Positions 24,011 to 37,159 of a stretch of 64,000 nt of DNA are shown piece after piece. The notes beneath the pieces were generated by a model. The model was not told the DNA's origin and searched no databases. It saw only the letters and a list, made by a program, of their open reading frames with translations. Position numbers and translations under genes: made by a program. Location: contig NC_087437.1 in assembly GCF_036321535.1 (NCBI RefSeq), positions 73,100,001-73,164,000 on the forward strand. The letters run 5' to 3'. Each line of letters opens with the position of its first letter. The stretch's first letter is position 1. This stretch comes from Camelus dromedarius (Eukaryota).

Positions 24011-26439
24011 AATTATTACAGAAATGAAACTGGCCTTCTAGTTCATTGATTCAGGATGAATTTAATGATCAACACTAAATAAACTTCTAGAGACCCAACA
24101 TTTAGTAGTTCACTTGGCCTGCCATTAAGTTATAAGAGATTTCCATGAAATATACATAAGATGACAGACCATATAAAACATGAACAATGACAACAAATTA
24201 TTTGGATGACTCTTTGCTCTGGCGGATGCAGCTTGTAATCCCTTAATGTGCCTCCTCCCCGCTCCCTGCCCTGGCTAAGGAGGCTTTTTCTCTGATCCTT
24301 AAAAAATCAATGCTACAGTAAATTAATCATGGCCTGTTGTAGTGATTGGATTAATGGGAAGATCTTGCTAGGGCTTACATCAAAGCCTAAAGTAAACAGC
24401 CACCCAATATACAGATGTTCTGGTTAAGGCATAGAACCACCATAAAAGACACAAAATTGAATTAATAAATCTACCTACTCAAAAAAAAAAAAAAAAACTA
24501 CTAAATTGGAAGAGTCTGAGGTCTCAGTTTCTCTATTCTTTTGCCTCCTTGGCAATTTTGCTCAAATCAAATGTACATTTTATTAAAACTGTAGATTCCA
24601 CAGAAAACATAGGCAAGTTAGTCAATGTACCTGCCCCAGTTGCTTCCTGGAGTGGTGTCGGTTCAATACGACTTAATCTAGACCAGATGAATGTCTTCAT
24701 TTCTTTTAAATTCATTGGTGAATTTAAATTAGTCCCAGATCATCCAACAATTGAGTCTTTTAAGCTAAGTGTGAGGAACTCTTTTAAGCTTCCTTAGCAA
24801 AAGAAGGTTGAAACACCGTGACAGAAAGGAGGGGACAGCTAGGAAGCCCCGTCTCTGTGAATTCACATGGCGCGAAATGTTTGGCACAAAGTTTAGGGAA
24901 CAGTGAGGCCACATGTACTCAGAGATGACCATAACGTTCTGATCTATCACATTTCACTCTCCCCACAAAGCAGGTGACAAAACAGGAACAAAGCAAAATG
25001 AATCTATTCTTATTAGATTGGGGCCGCAATCTCATATTGGGTTTAGATATTGGATTTCCTGACAGCTTCCTATGTTGTCCACTTATTGCTTTCAAGGGAG
25101 CCAGCAATGGCTTGGGATAACAGTGTGTCTGGAATGTGAGCCATCTGAAATGGACGGCACAATTTCCCTGGGCTCTGCTGCCAGTGGCGTTCCCTGAGCA
25201 AGTTAGTGCTCATGTGTCCATGATGTTCAGGGGCTCAGTGGACACCAGACAGGAAAATTCCTTGCCTAGAATAATGACACCATAAAAGAAAGTGGGAACA
25301 CTAGGATGAATATTCTTACTGATGACATTTATTCAGGTTCAGTATAGCCTGTCTCAACGAGGAGGCTTTTTTTTTTTTTTTTTTTTTTTCTCTTTTGGCT
25401 GAGAAAGACTCCAGGGTTCTTTCTGCACTGGTTTTCTCGCTCATTTCCTTTTAGGTTATTATTAAGGACTCCTGCTTCCGACATTTCCCTTATATCCAAT
25501 CATGGGACATTCCTCTCTTTCCCACATCAAATGTGGCACATGCCCCTAAATCCACATGTTGCAGAGTAGGTCCTTTAATATTTTCTGACATAAACTGGAT
25601 CTGTTCGGCTCAAGGCCTCAGTGACAAAACAATAAAGCACTCTCTTTGAATTAGACTCAAACCATGGTCTGGCTTTTCTTCTTACAAATAGAAGTTCGAT
25701 GAGAGATCCTGAAGTTTGCCGATTAGGTTAAAGACCAAGAACAATTTTCATTAATTTAAATAAAAAAGACAGCATCTGACATAGGCCCTGAGAGAAGAGT
25801 CAACAAACTTAAATCGGAACACAGCCTGGAGATTAGTAAGCGCTTTGTTAACACTGAAGTACTTGGGGCTAGAGATGTGGGTGGGTTAGTGGGTGGGGGC
25901 TGAGGGGCACAAACCACCAAAGCAGAAGATACCTTCATCCTCTGGTAGCTCCATCCAAGGCTGAGCAGCAGCAGGTGACTGATCCATCTGCCCAGCAGGC
26001 TTTGTCTGGAGGCCAAGTTCAGCCCTGGACCTGCGGCACAGGGACTCCACTCCCCTGTCCCAGCAACTCGCCCAGGAACTGACTGGGTTAAGGGTTCACC
26101 TGGCTGCAATGGAACATTGGCTCTTTCCTGTCCTGACTCCCCTTGCTCAGAGGGTGGGGTCCCTGTGAAGTGTGCTCTGGCTTCGGGGGCAAGTCCAGGG
26201 CAGTGCTCTTCTGCTCCCGACTCCACCCCCACACACTGCCAGGGCCCACCCTGCCCCATCTTCTCTGAGGGCCACTCCGTAATACTAGTCTTCCTGAAGT
26301 TCTGTTTTCTTCCTTCTTCCCTTCTCTGTCTATCCTCCCTCCTGCTCTGTTTCTCACCAATAAGTTCAAATAGGCGGTAGCAGAAGTACCATGTGCACAG
26401 AGATGGAACTTCAGAGAATGGACGATTCTTTTGAGAACA

Positions 26440-27100
26440 AAAAAGCTTGGTAGCAGAAGTGGGAAGCAGTTAAGTATGTTTAGGACAGGATTTTCGGTGA
26501 TACAGCATTTGTTTTAGGCTAAGGGGAAGCAGATGAAACAGAAGAGACTAATAATTCAAGAAAGAGTGAAAAATTTACAGGAAAGTGTCCAGGAGAAGAT
26601 TAAGAGGGCCGAGATGCAGAGCACAGATGGAGTGATCAGACTGCAAAAATAAAAAAGGTGGAGGGAACATTTCTGTTTTGACAGGGAAGATAAGAAATAT
26701 TATGGTAAAACTGGGATGTGGAGAGTAAGAAAGTTAGAGAAATTCAGCTCTCAGCCCTCAACTTTGTATATAAATGGAAGAGAAGTTGGGTTATTTGCTG
26801 AAAATCAGTGAGAGAGGAGCCCTGAGGAAAGGGGAGCAGGGAGTCTGGGGCTGTCAGCTGGGAGGATGGTGATGGGAGGGCAAGGAAATGAGGAAAAGGA
26901 CTCCTGAGCAGAGGCGAGGATGTGGTAGATGATGACAGGGTGACTCTGGGCTGGAATCAACAGTACTTGGCGTCGGGGAGCAGGATCGGAGAGCCCTGTG
27001 TCAGTGCGACAGGAGGTTGCATTTGGCAAGGTGGTGATGTCAGGAGGTTGAGCGGTCGAGGTACTAAGGGAGGAGAGAGGACAATTACATGTGCTGACTA
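26440..27100 (-). mobile_element. L2 internal fragment
   Basis: Purine-rich 'gcatttgttttaggctaaggggaagcagatgaaacagaagagact...gatgcagagcacagatggagtgat'. Confidence 0.5.
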
Positions 27101-28727
27101 CGGGGTAGACAGGGAGAAACAGAAACTCAGTAGGTGTCTTTTTTAAAGTTAGTTTAAAATTTTTTGTTTAATTTTTAAAAATATTTCTGCATAATGAAAA
27201 GTAAAAGTCCTTGTTCAACCATCCTTGTGGGGCATCTGCTGTGTCTCTCACACAGATCAGGCAAGGTAATGGGGAAGGAAGAACGGAGGGCCCAAGTCTG
27301 AGGTTATAAATAATAGAGAATAGAAGGTCTTCCTTCCCCAGCGGGGGAACAGCTGAGAGGATGGGAGGGCAGGATGGGGTGTGGATGGGCGGGGGCAGAG
27401 CATGGGGAGAACAGGAGGGTGGGAGGGAAGAAGGAAGAGAGAAGGTCTCCATTCACGTTGGTTTATAGACCCATTTTCACTAGAAGATTAAAAAAGAACC
27501 AAGAATTCAAGTGAATAATATCCAATTTAAAATGATAGCTTCTCCCTCTCCCAACAGCTCATCGCTGTACCAGCTGACACCAGTATATACAAGGGAATGA
27601 ATTTTGTTAGGGGAAAGCACACATGCTGTAGCTTTCCCGAGTCAGGTGAGGAGAAAAAGGGGGGTGCTGCAGCTTCAGAGCAGCAAACTGGGAACCACAG
27701 GCCGTGGGCCTGGAGGACAGCGAGGGAGGGGTGAGTCTTAGAGGAAGCAGAGTGCTGAAGGGTAAGCTTCACGCACACCATTCTTTGCCACATTTGTCTT
27801 ATGGGTATCTGGCATTGAGGTGAAGAAACGGTTATGAAATTCTATCTAACCCCTGACCCAGGACCATGCTAGTTCTCAGTTAGGAACCCCAAACTGAGCT
27901 TCTAGGGGACGTGGCGGGAAAGCCACCTGATCAGGTCCAGACAGTTCTCCACGTCCAAATACAAATGGTGCCAGCCCCGGACTGTCTCTTTGTCTTTGGG
28001 CAGCTGCCAAGTTTCATCCCAGGAGGTCTTTATTTTCTTTCAAGAGACCAAAAATCAATCACTTAATTCTTGGGGAGGTGAAGGTGGAAGATTAGAGCGG
28101 ATTAGAGTTAATTATAAACACAGCCCCTTCTGCCATGCTCCCTGGGGTACCAACAGAAGCTCATCAGACCCCTCATTAAAGCAATTACTCTCACAGTCCA
28201 TGATCACTGTATCTACTTCACGTAGTCCCCATACCTGAGTCTATACTGAAACCAAACCAGAGGCATTTAGAGAACAAAATAGGAAATAAAGTACCTGGAA
28301 ACTCTCACGGCCCTAGACTGTAAGGACCCTGTTTACAATCTAGATGGATGACAGATAGGTAGCTTTTCCCTAGATCAGCACTGGCAAGGACTATTAGCTC
28401 CTGGAGTTAACCAATCTAGATATTAATAGCCCTTTCTGAGCTAGATGAAATGAAACCAGTGGTGGTAGTGGTGGGAGATGAGGGCAAACTGAACACTAAG
28501 TAAAGGATAGAGCGTTGGGGGCAAAGGAGACAGCTAAGCCTAGAAAATACTACATGTTTAAACGTGGGCCAGATGCCAAGTGTGAACTGAGGTCTGACAA
28601 CCTAAAGGTCCTACTGTGTGAACTCAGAGTCATTTTAAGCTTTTGTCATCTTTTATGAATGTTAATTGAACCAATAACACCTTCATGTATTTTCTTTGAT
28701 ATTTCAGGTCTTTATAATGATGCTTCA

Positions 28728-28729
<2 letters not shown>

Positions 28730-28764
<35 letters not shown>

Positions 28765-28780
28765 GTGTGCGCGCGTGTGT
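28730..28780 (+). repeat. Compound (TG)n/(CG)n microsatellite
   Basis: About 50 bp of uninterrupted purine-pyrimidine alternation. Confidence 0.95.
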
Positions 28781-30019
28781 TTAAACTGAAGTACAGTCAA
28801 TTACAATGGGTCAATCTCTGGTGTACAGCACAATGTCCCAGGAATGCATATACATACATATCTTCGTTTTCATATTTTTTCCATTAAAGGTTATTATAAG
28901 ATATTGAACATAGTTCTCTGTGCTAGACAAAAAAATTTTTTTTAAATCTATTTTTATATATAGTAGCTAACATTTGTAAATCTCAAACTCCCAAATTTAT
29001 CCCCTTTCACTCTCTTTCCCTGGTAACCGTAAGATTGTTTAGTAAGTGTCTGAGTCTGTTTCTGTTTTGTAGATGAGTTTATAGTATCCTTTTCTTTTTT
29101 TTAAGATTCCACATATGAGTGATAGGATATGGTATTTTTCTTTCTCTTTCTGGCTTACTTCACTTAGAATGACAATCTCTAGGTCCAGCCATGTTGCTGC
29201 AAATGGCATTATTTTATTCTTTTTGTGGAGAGTAGTGTTCCATTGTATAAATATACCACAACTTCTTCATCCAGTCATCTGTCGATGGACATTTAGGTTG
29301 CTTCCATGTCTTGGCTATTGTATGTAGTGCTATGAACATTGGGGTGCATGTATCTTTTCACATTAGAGTTCCCTCCAGATAAATACCAAGAAGTGGGATT
29401 GCTGGATCATATGGTAAGTTTATTTTTAGTTTTTTAAAGAATCTCCATACTGTTTTCCATAGTGGCTGCACCAAACTACATTCACACCAACAGTGTAGGA
29501 GGGTTTCCTTTTCTCCACACCCTCTCCAACATTTATTGTTTGTGGACTTTTGAATGATGGCCATTCTGACTGGGGTGAGGTGATACCTCACTGTAGTTTT
29601 GATTTGCATTTCTCTGATAATTAGTGATACGGAGCATTTTTTCATATGTCTATTGGCCATTCGTATGTCTTCACTGGAGAAAGGCTTGTTTAGATCTTCT
29701 GCCCATTTTTGGATTGGGTTGTTTGTTGTTTTTTTTATTAAGTTGTATGAGCTGTTCATATATTCTGGAAATTAAGCCTTTGTCAGTCATATCATTTGCA
29801 AATATTTTCTCTCATTCCATAGGTTGTCATTTTGTTTTGCTTATGGTTTCCTTTGCTGTGCAAAAGCTTATGAATTTAATTAGGTCCCATTTGTTTATTT
29901 TTGCTCTTATTTCCATTGCCTGGGACCTAGGAGAACGTTGCTAAGATTTATGTCAGAGAATGTTTTGCCTATGTTTTCTTTGAGGAGATTTATTGTGTCT
30001 TGTTTTATATTTAAGTCTT
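28731..30019 (-). mobile_element. Young 5'-truncated lineage-specific L1 (ORF2 C-terminus, full 3'UTR, microsatellite tail) with 16-bp TSD
   Basis: ORF 29358..29759 encodes the ORF2 C-terminal Cys-rich region ([24 protein letters not shown]). TSD TAATGATGCTTCATTT 28715-28730 and TAATGGTGCTTCATTT 30020-30035. Confidence 0.95.
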
Positions 30020-30579
30020 TAATGGTGCTTCATTTTCTTAATGAAAGTTTCATAAAGTAGGAAAGAATCATGGTTAAAGTTAATGCAGCTTCAAAATCAA
30101 TATTTTAATCACATAGAAAGGCAGAAAACGTAAAGTTGTGACTCCTTGTGATGCTACAATCCAATGTGCCTGCAAATTCTTAAAATTTTTCATTAGCATG
30201 TACGGTATTAATTCCTTCCTCTGCCATACAATGGGCTCAGCTATGTTTGCCTTGGGATTTTAAACTTGGGAGTTTTGCTAGCATTTACTTGATTAAAAAT
30301 GCAGCATTGATTTTGCCTTTAATACTTAGCTATGCTTTATTTTTATTTTTCCTCTTTAAGAAAGAAGAGTTAGTGAGAGCAGAAAGGAGACAGACATTCA
30401 TCTGGCTATTTAGTCAGAGACTGAGTTGCTGACCTAAACCTTCCAGAGGACCCTGAAGGAAAGCTTGAGATGACGGGCAGGGAGCCCTGTTCTCATGTGT
30501 TGTTAGCCTCAGTCACTCTCCGCTGGACCAGCTGGTTAATTTACAGGGAAGGGGCTCCTCCACCTGCAGGATCTGAGCT

Positions 30580-31160
30580 ATCCATAGTACTGGATTTAGC
30601 ATCATAAAACCTCAACTTGAGCACTAGTACTGTCATTTACTGGCTCTGTAAACTCAGGCAAGTTATTTTACTTCTGAGTCTGCTTTCTTGTCTGGAATGA
30701 GAATTTCTCAGAGTCTTCTGAGTGGAACAGGAATTTTCTGAGTTTTTGGAGGAATTACATTGAAATCACAAAAGAAGAAACACCCCAGACAGTGCCTGGT
30801 GCATGGTAGACATCAAATAGATATTACACTATTTTCTTCTTTCCCATTTTAATTAATAAAGGAGAGCTTTCAAAAAAAATTGTTTTTGTAAGTCACATTT
30901 CCAGCTACTTAGAATATTGGCAGAGACAAAATGTATGTAAATTACTTTGTAACAGTTTTCAATGCATTATCAATCATTACACTATTCCAGCGAAAAGAGG
31001 TCTGATCTTGGCAGTCTTCTCATCCAATTCCCTCATTTTGTAGCCAAGGAAATTGACACAAGGGGTTAAGTGAGACAACCAAGGTCACAAAGATACATGG
31101 TAGCACAGTCAGGACTTGAGGCCAGGTCTCTTGCCTTGAGTCCAGGCTCCCCGTTACCAT
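30580..31160. mobile_element. Two MIR copies (about 30580-30830 +, 31000-31160 -)
   Basis: 'catttactggctctgtaaactcaggcaagttattt..cagtgcctggtgcatggtag' and 'aaggaaattgacacaaggggttaagtga..caaggtcaca'. Confidence 0.7.
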
Positions 31161-31754
31161 GTTGACAGTACTGTGTCTGGTGGGTACAAGAAGTGCATGT
31201 AGTCAGGGCGCCCATGAAGCCTGAAGGTCCAGTGACACTGGCAAGTTCTCAGTCAGCTCATTGGTCTGAGCAAATGGCCCCATCTGGCATATGCTCAAAT
31301 CCCATCCAAAAGGGGGGCACTTAGATCTGACCAGCAAATAAATACTTCCAGGAATTTATGGAGGGGTTGAAGCTAAACTTGAAGCTAATCTAGAGCTGAC
31401 CTCGAACATTTATACCCGTGGCCCACAGTGGTCTGATGCCTGGGTGTCCTAAAGAGCTCTACCCGACAGTGGCAAATGAGAGTCTAGACAGGATGCGTGG
31501 GATCAAAAGAAACTTGGGGGACTTCCCAGTTGAGCATGTATCGTCTTTTCCCTGGGCATCTCATCTTCAGGTTGGATTCACAGCCGATCTTTCAAAGCAG
31601 ATTTTGTCATGTGGTGCAATCCAGGGAATACTCATGCAGCCCCACCAATGGGATTTTGGGAAGAACTTTCAAAGCAACTGTTTTCAGAACCCAGTCTAAA
31701 GACTTGTGCCAAGCTGACTGGCTGTACTGCTAGGGGATCCTCTGGACAAAAAGT

Positions 31755-31860
31755 TGTAAGAAACAGAGACCCCCAGACTCCTCCCCCAGAGATCCTCTTT
31801 CAGTCAGTCTGTGGTGGGGCTTGGGCATCTCTGTTTTTCAAAAGTGGTTCAAACATTTCG
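31755..31860. mobile_element. MER5A-like hAT MITE fragment
   Basis: 'ccccagagatcctctttcagtcagtctgtggtggggcttgggcatctctgtttttcaaaag'. Confidence 0.6.
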
Positions 31861-34800
31861 ATAGGCAACCACCACACAAACCCAGGGTAGCGGCATGAGA
31901 TAGGAGAGAGTAGGAGTGACTGGCACAAAGGGCAGGTGTGAGGGTTTCTAAGCCAAATGCATCTCTTCCAGTCACAGATGAAGTGATGTGACAGATGACA
32001 GCTAAGTGTCCTCACCTGTTCTGCTTCACCATAAGCTACTCCTCCCTCCACAGTCAAGCTTAATTGCCTGCCCACCAGAATCTAGGTAAACACCTCGAGT
32101 GTACTCTAGTTAGTACTTCACTCTGCCTTGTGGGGGGACCTGTCTGCTCCCTTAGTAGGCAGTGCGATCCTTGAGTTGAGAATGGAGACGATGTGTGTCC
32201 TTCAGTGACCCCTGAATCTAGTGCTGGGTCTGGTACACGAGAGGAATGCAATACACATTGAGAACATGAATTAAATACAACCTCCCTGCTCTCAGGAAAT
32301 CACATCATCTCTGCGTGGGCTTTAGGGAAAAAGGATGTTGACATGTTTGGAGAAAACCTCATGGCATGGTGAATTCTGAGATTTATTTTTCCAGGGAACT
32401 AGTAAACTCAACCCTCGAGCTCAATTTCCACGTGACAAATCCTAACCTGACGAGTGATATAAATGCCCACGTTGTCATTTCGGGAGATGAGTCATGTGGC
32501 CCCTGAGCCTTCTACGTGGCTTCCATGATTCCCAGAGTGATTCAGCCAGTAGCAGTTAAACAAACACAGATGCTGATCTGGGAAGCAAAATGAAGTTAAA
32601 AGCTGGTGAGCCCACACATCTATGATAAATCAGCCCTTAAATCAACGGGGATTCTTTGGGAAGTATGTAGTCTTCTGATTCCTTCAGAAGCAGATTCATC
32701 TTCAGCTGCTCCAAGTTAATTTTGGGATTTATCAGATTGAAATGTAGGAATGAGGAAACAACGAGTGTCAGCTTATGCTGGCACCCAAAAAACTCAAGTG
32801 CAGAAGCAAGAGTGACTTGCAATGATCCAAGAGACAATTCTGCTTTAAAGACAGCAGAGGACCCAGTTGAGCCTAGGCTGTTGCTTTTTGGCTGTGGCTC
32901 AGGCAAGGCTAGACAGACAACTCTGGCCAACTCAGGAGTGGACTGAGCAGAAGTTTATGAGACTCAGAGTAGTCTTGGAGAGAATTCATCTCAGGGGAGA
33001 AGAAAGATAGGCTTGGCTTTGTAGTGAAGTCTGAGCCTCAAGAAGCAGCCAGAATTCTGAACACATCTTGGTGTCTTTCCTTCACATTTGTCTTCTGACT
33101 TAGTCCTTACAAATCCATACTTGGTATATACAGCGGGAAGGAACAGAGTGGGGATGAGGTGTATGCAGTGCAGAGACATTGATGTAGCTGCGGAGTGTCT
33201 GTAAAACTGCACCTAGCCCAGGTTGAAATTTAAGACTACTTCTTTGTCCTTCAAGCATTAGGCGAATAGAGACTCTTAGCCCATAGCTATTCTAATGAAA
33301 ACCTCCCGTCCTTTCCACATTCTTGAGCATCCTCTGGTATCTGGAAGTCTCTCATTCTTGCATTCTAACAGAATTCTTCCATTGACACAGTCCTGTCCGT
33401 CCTGGTCCATCAACCTCCTCTCTCCACTGCACAGAGCATTCTAACATGCACCACACATGGCATATCCCTCTACCCTATGCTCCCCCTCCCCAGCCTGGGG
33501 ATGTGGTTCTTTCTCCTTGACTGCTTTTCTCAAACAATCCACTTAGATTTTCTCCTTTAGCTCTTCAGAGAGGAGGGAGGCAAAGAAGCTAAGCAGGAGG
33601 GAAAAAAGGAAGGAAAAAAGCTGTGAAGATCTATATATTAATTTTGTCTCATCACAGCTGTTTCAGTACAAGCTCAGTAGAGTCTGGGACCCAAACAGCC
33701 CCTTTCTGATCTCCCACTAACGGGAAGACCTCATGTGGGAAGAGGGGATCTTTATGGTTTTCCACAGAGCCCTAATGCCTTTAGACAGGTTTATATGAAA
33801 GAGCACCCCATGAAGACGATGGGAGCTAAAGTGGCTGGGGTGTGCTGAGACAACAGTAGCTGCTTGTGACAGCAGCAGCTGACAGTTCTCTCTGGAAGAA
33901 GCTGTGCCAGGGAGAGGCAGTGGCCACGCCCAGTGGTAGCACCAGGACCCTGTGGAGGTGATGGTGATACCCATGAAAGAGCAGCACCTGTGAGAGAGAG
34001 CATCCCTGTGGGCCTCCAGCTGGTACAGGGCACCTTCACACGGGTCCACGAACACCAGAGGCCTTGGCAGACTCACTCACTTGTCCCGAACGAGTGTGGG
34101 ACAGAAGACCAAGAAAAGGCCATATGCTTTTTCATCACTATTTGAAGCACATGTGAGATAACACTTAAGAGCTGAGGGACTGGTGTGACAGTTGGTGATA
34201 CAATAATAGCAGATAGCAGTAAAAGCCAGTGAAAAACAGGTTTTTAACGTCACTGTAATTCCCTTGTTTTATGGTCTTCTAGAGAGTAACATGAGTCTGG
34301 AAAGATAATGAGTGGCTGAAGACACACAGAATACTTATGACAAAAGGGGCATCGGTATGTATGTCAACCTGACATGCTGAGATCCAGGTTTTCATAGCAA
34401 AATCTAGGCCAAAAGTTCCTCTTTTTAATTTGAATTATTTTTGGAACTCCCTAGGAATCTGTGACCAGAATTCATGTATTATATGCATGTCCACTATCTG
34501 GTTCAATGTTCTCCTAAATGTAGGGTCTGAAACATATGCCCTCCATATAGATCCTTAAAGACATGCTTCTTCTAGTCTTTAGACTTTGAGCACTTGGGAA
34601 TAAGATGAATTTACTACAGTTCTTGTGCTGTAAAAAATATAATGAGGAATAGGCTTCACATGTTAACCCACATTTCCTTGGTTAAATATGGATGTTTGGG
34701 TGGATGGATGGGTGGGTGGATGGAAGGATGAACGAATGGGGACTAATATGTTTTAATACTCCATAGAATGTTCAGAGTAGCCAACACCACCATGGAATTT

Positions 34801-35425
34801 AACCATTGGAAAGATGTTTCCTCACTTCTTTCTTTAAGTATCACTGACATAGAACTATAAGGAAGAACACTGCACTACAAGTCAATAGATCTATGTCTAA
34901 AAATCTCCATGAGCCCTCAGACACATCTCTTCACTTTTCCCCAACTCAATTTTCTCATCCATATAATCAGAGAATTGGATTATCATGTCACAAATTTCTT
35001 TTAGCTCAAAATTTCTGTGATTCTGTTTTTCTTCTATTGTTCTAAATTGGGTATAGCAATAGTTTTCCAACTTTTTTAAACAAGTGGTTTTTTTTAATCC
35101 ATATAGCATATGGATTAACCTTAACATATAAATCAAATAAAGGCAGAAGTTTTGTGGATGAATTTTGGGTGGAAGGCAGATTTTACATTTTCTTATGATT
35201 TCTCTTTACTCTCCTCAGTCCCCTCCTGGTCCCTTGAGTGTTCTACAGACACCAAGTTATGAACTGCTGTATTAGGGAAGTGGGCACTAAAGCCCTAGAA
35301 ACTAACTAGGTGCACTTGAAGTGATGAATTAAACACCAAATCCTGGGCAGCACAAGAGTGGGGTGCCAGTGGTGCTGGTTGGTTAAGGAGTTGGCTACAA
35401 AGAATATCAGCTTCACAGAGATGCC

Positions 35426-35444
35426 TTACACCAGGGGGCACTGA
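35426..35444 (+). promoter_or_regulatory. Candidate CTCF site
   Basis: TTACACCAGGGGGCACTGA is a near-consensus match to CCACCAGGGGGCGCT. Confidence 0.5.
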
Positions 35445-37159
35445 GCCCACAGGGCACTAGTTTTCTTTCCTCTATGATGTCAAGGTCAAATTTCATAAAA
35501 GTTTTGTGTCAACTTCACACTCCCTGAAAAATGAAGACGCAAAGAAAGGAGCACCCCTGGAGGAGTTTGGGGCAGATTCAGGGAAAGAAAAATGCATTTA
35601 AATTTTATCAAGGAGCATGAGGCAATGATACATCAATAACAAGTGCCTGTGGCCACATTTTTAAATGATGGTTTGGAATTTATCCCCATTGCCCTCCTCC
35701 CTCCCTTTCAAAATAAATGGCAAATAAGGTTGACTGAGAAACGTCATCTATGCTTTTCCTGTTCTTCTTCCAACAAATTCAGAAATGAAAATAATGTTGA
35801 TATTTTACTTTGGTCTTTTGTAGGACTCCTAACTGTAACCCATCACGTTCCCTAAAAATATCAGCAATTCCTTTTGACCTAGTAGAAGACAGTAAGTTTC
35901 AAATTGACCCACTGATGGAGGTAAGTGATAGACTATGGTACTTTCCAGCTATTTTAGGTAAAGCCTGTTCTCGACATAACTCTGACGGATGGTAGTAAAA
36001 CCCACAATGGGCAAGAGAAAAAAGGAAGCAATGAGAAAAAGTCATTCTGATAGTTCCCCCACCTTCCTGTCTTATTTACCTCCCCACAAAAGAATGGTAT
36101 GTCAGAGAGACCTTCACCATGAAATTTGTAATTGTTCCTTTATTTAGCACAGCTCAAGGCTGTAACTGACTGTAACATCAGGGACTCCGCAGGAAAACTT
36201 GTTAAAACAGTCACTGAAAGTAAAGAATAAAGAACAGAAAAAACAAAACTTCTCCCGAGTGATGTCGGTTCCTGCAAATTAAAGTTACCAGCCTTTAATT
36301 CATCATCTGTCTTTAATTTATTCCATCTCATTTTCAGCTTTGTTTAAATAAAGACTATTCATTTAGATTTTAGGCATAAATCCTCCTCAGTGAAAAATAA
36401 AAATCAAAGATTTGTCAGTGTAATTTTTTACAATATTGTTTTGTTTATTTATCCAAACATTAAGAATTTATGGAGTTTCTACATGCTAAGCACTCTTAAG
36501 TGCTGGAGAGAAAAAAAGAGTAAGACACAATTTTTCCCTTCAAGAAACTCAGGGTTTGATTCTTCTGCACTGAAACCATAACCTGGGTGAAGATAGGGAA
36601 ATCTGTAAAAAGAATGCAGTGTCCTTCATAGGAAGCTTAAAGTAAACCCTAAATAAGCTGAGACGACTTGCTGGAATACAGGGAAAGAAAGAAAGAAAGA
36701 CAAGTTAATTCTTACAATAGAATTCTATTATAGCTTAGTAGTTATAGTTAGTTATAGTTAGATAACTAGTTAGTTATCATTATATCTCTCATTCTCTACT
36801 CTCTGGATCCAAGTTGGAGGTCCATAGCCTCCCTTCTGATATTAACAGTGGACATTGAGCAGCAGTTTGAGTAGAAGCAGCTCATTGGTCCTTCTTCTCT
36901 TAACCTAAAGGTGCATAAGATCTAAATTCTTTGGAAAGGAAAAAAATCTGAAAAACAAACAACACTGTGAAATCTGTTGCAAATCTTTTCTCCATCCCAT
37001 CTTCATAGAAGATGTAGCGGGAATCATTTTTACATCTATCAGATTGAATCCTGCCAATGTCACTGGGAGGGGACATTATTAATATTGAGATTCAAACAAC
37101 TGAGCTATTTTAAAAAGTATTTTTAACTCTGAAAAAAATCCCTTTTTATATGGAATAGT

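Noticed and set aside
25756..26369. 167-aa and overlapping ORFs in GC-rich DNA
   Set aside because: No recognisable domain, Pro/Ser/Gly-biased, open on both strands as expected for GC-rich non-coding DNA.
29358..29944. Protein-coding ORFs of 133 and 106 aa
   Set aside because: These are the L1 ORF2 C-terminal remnant and its antisense shadow; 5'-truncated and non-autonomous.
35094..35118. Perfect hairpin TTAATCCATAT-AGC-ATATGGATTAA
   Set aside because: 11-bp AT-rich arms are plausible by chance in 64 kb, and it lies in a probable DNA-transposon remnant.
36730..36780. Short (AGTT/AGTTAT) repeats with a GATAACTA-GT-TAGTTATC palindrome
   Set aside because: Low-complexity slippage product with no further support.
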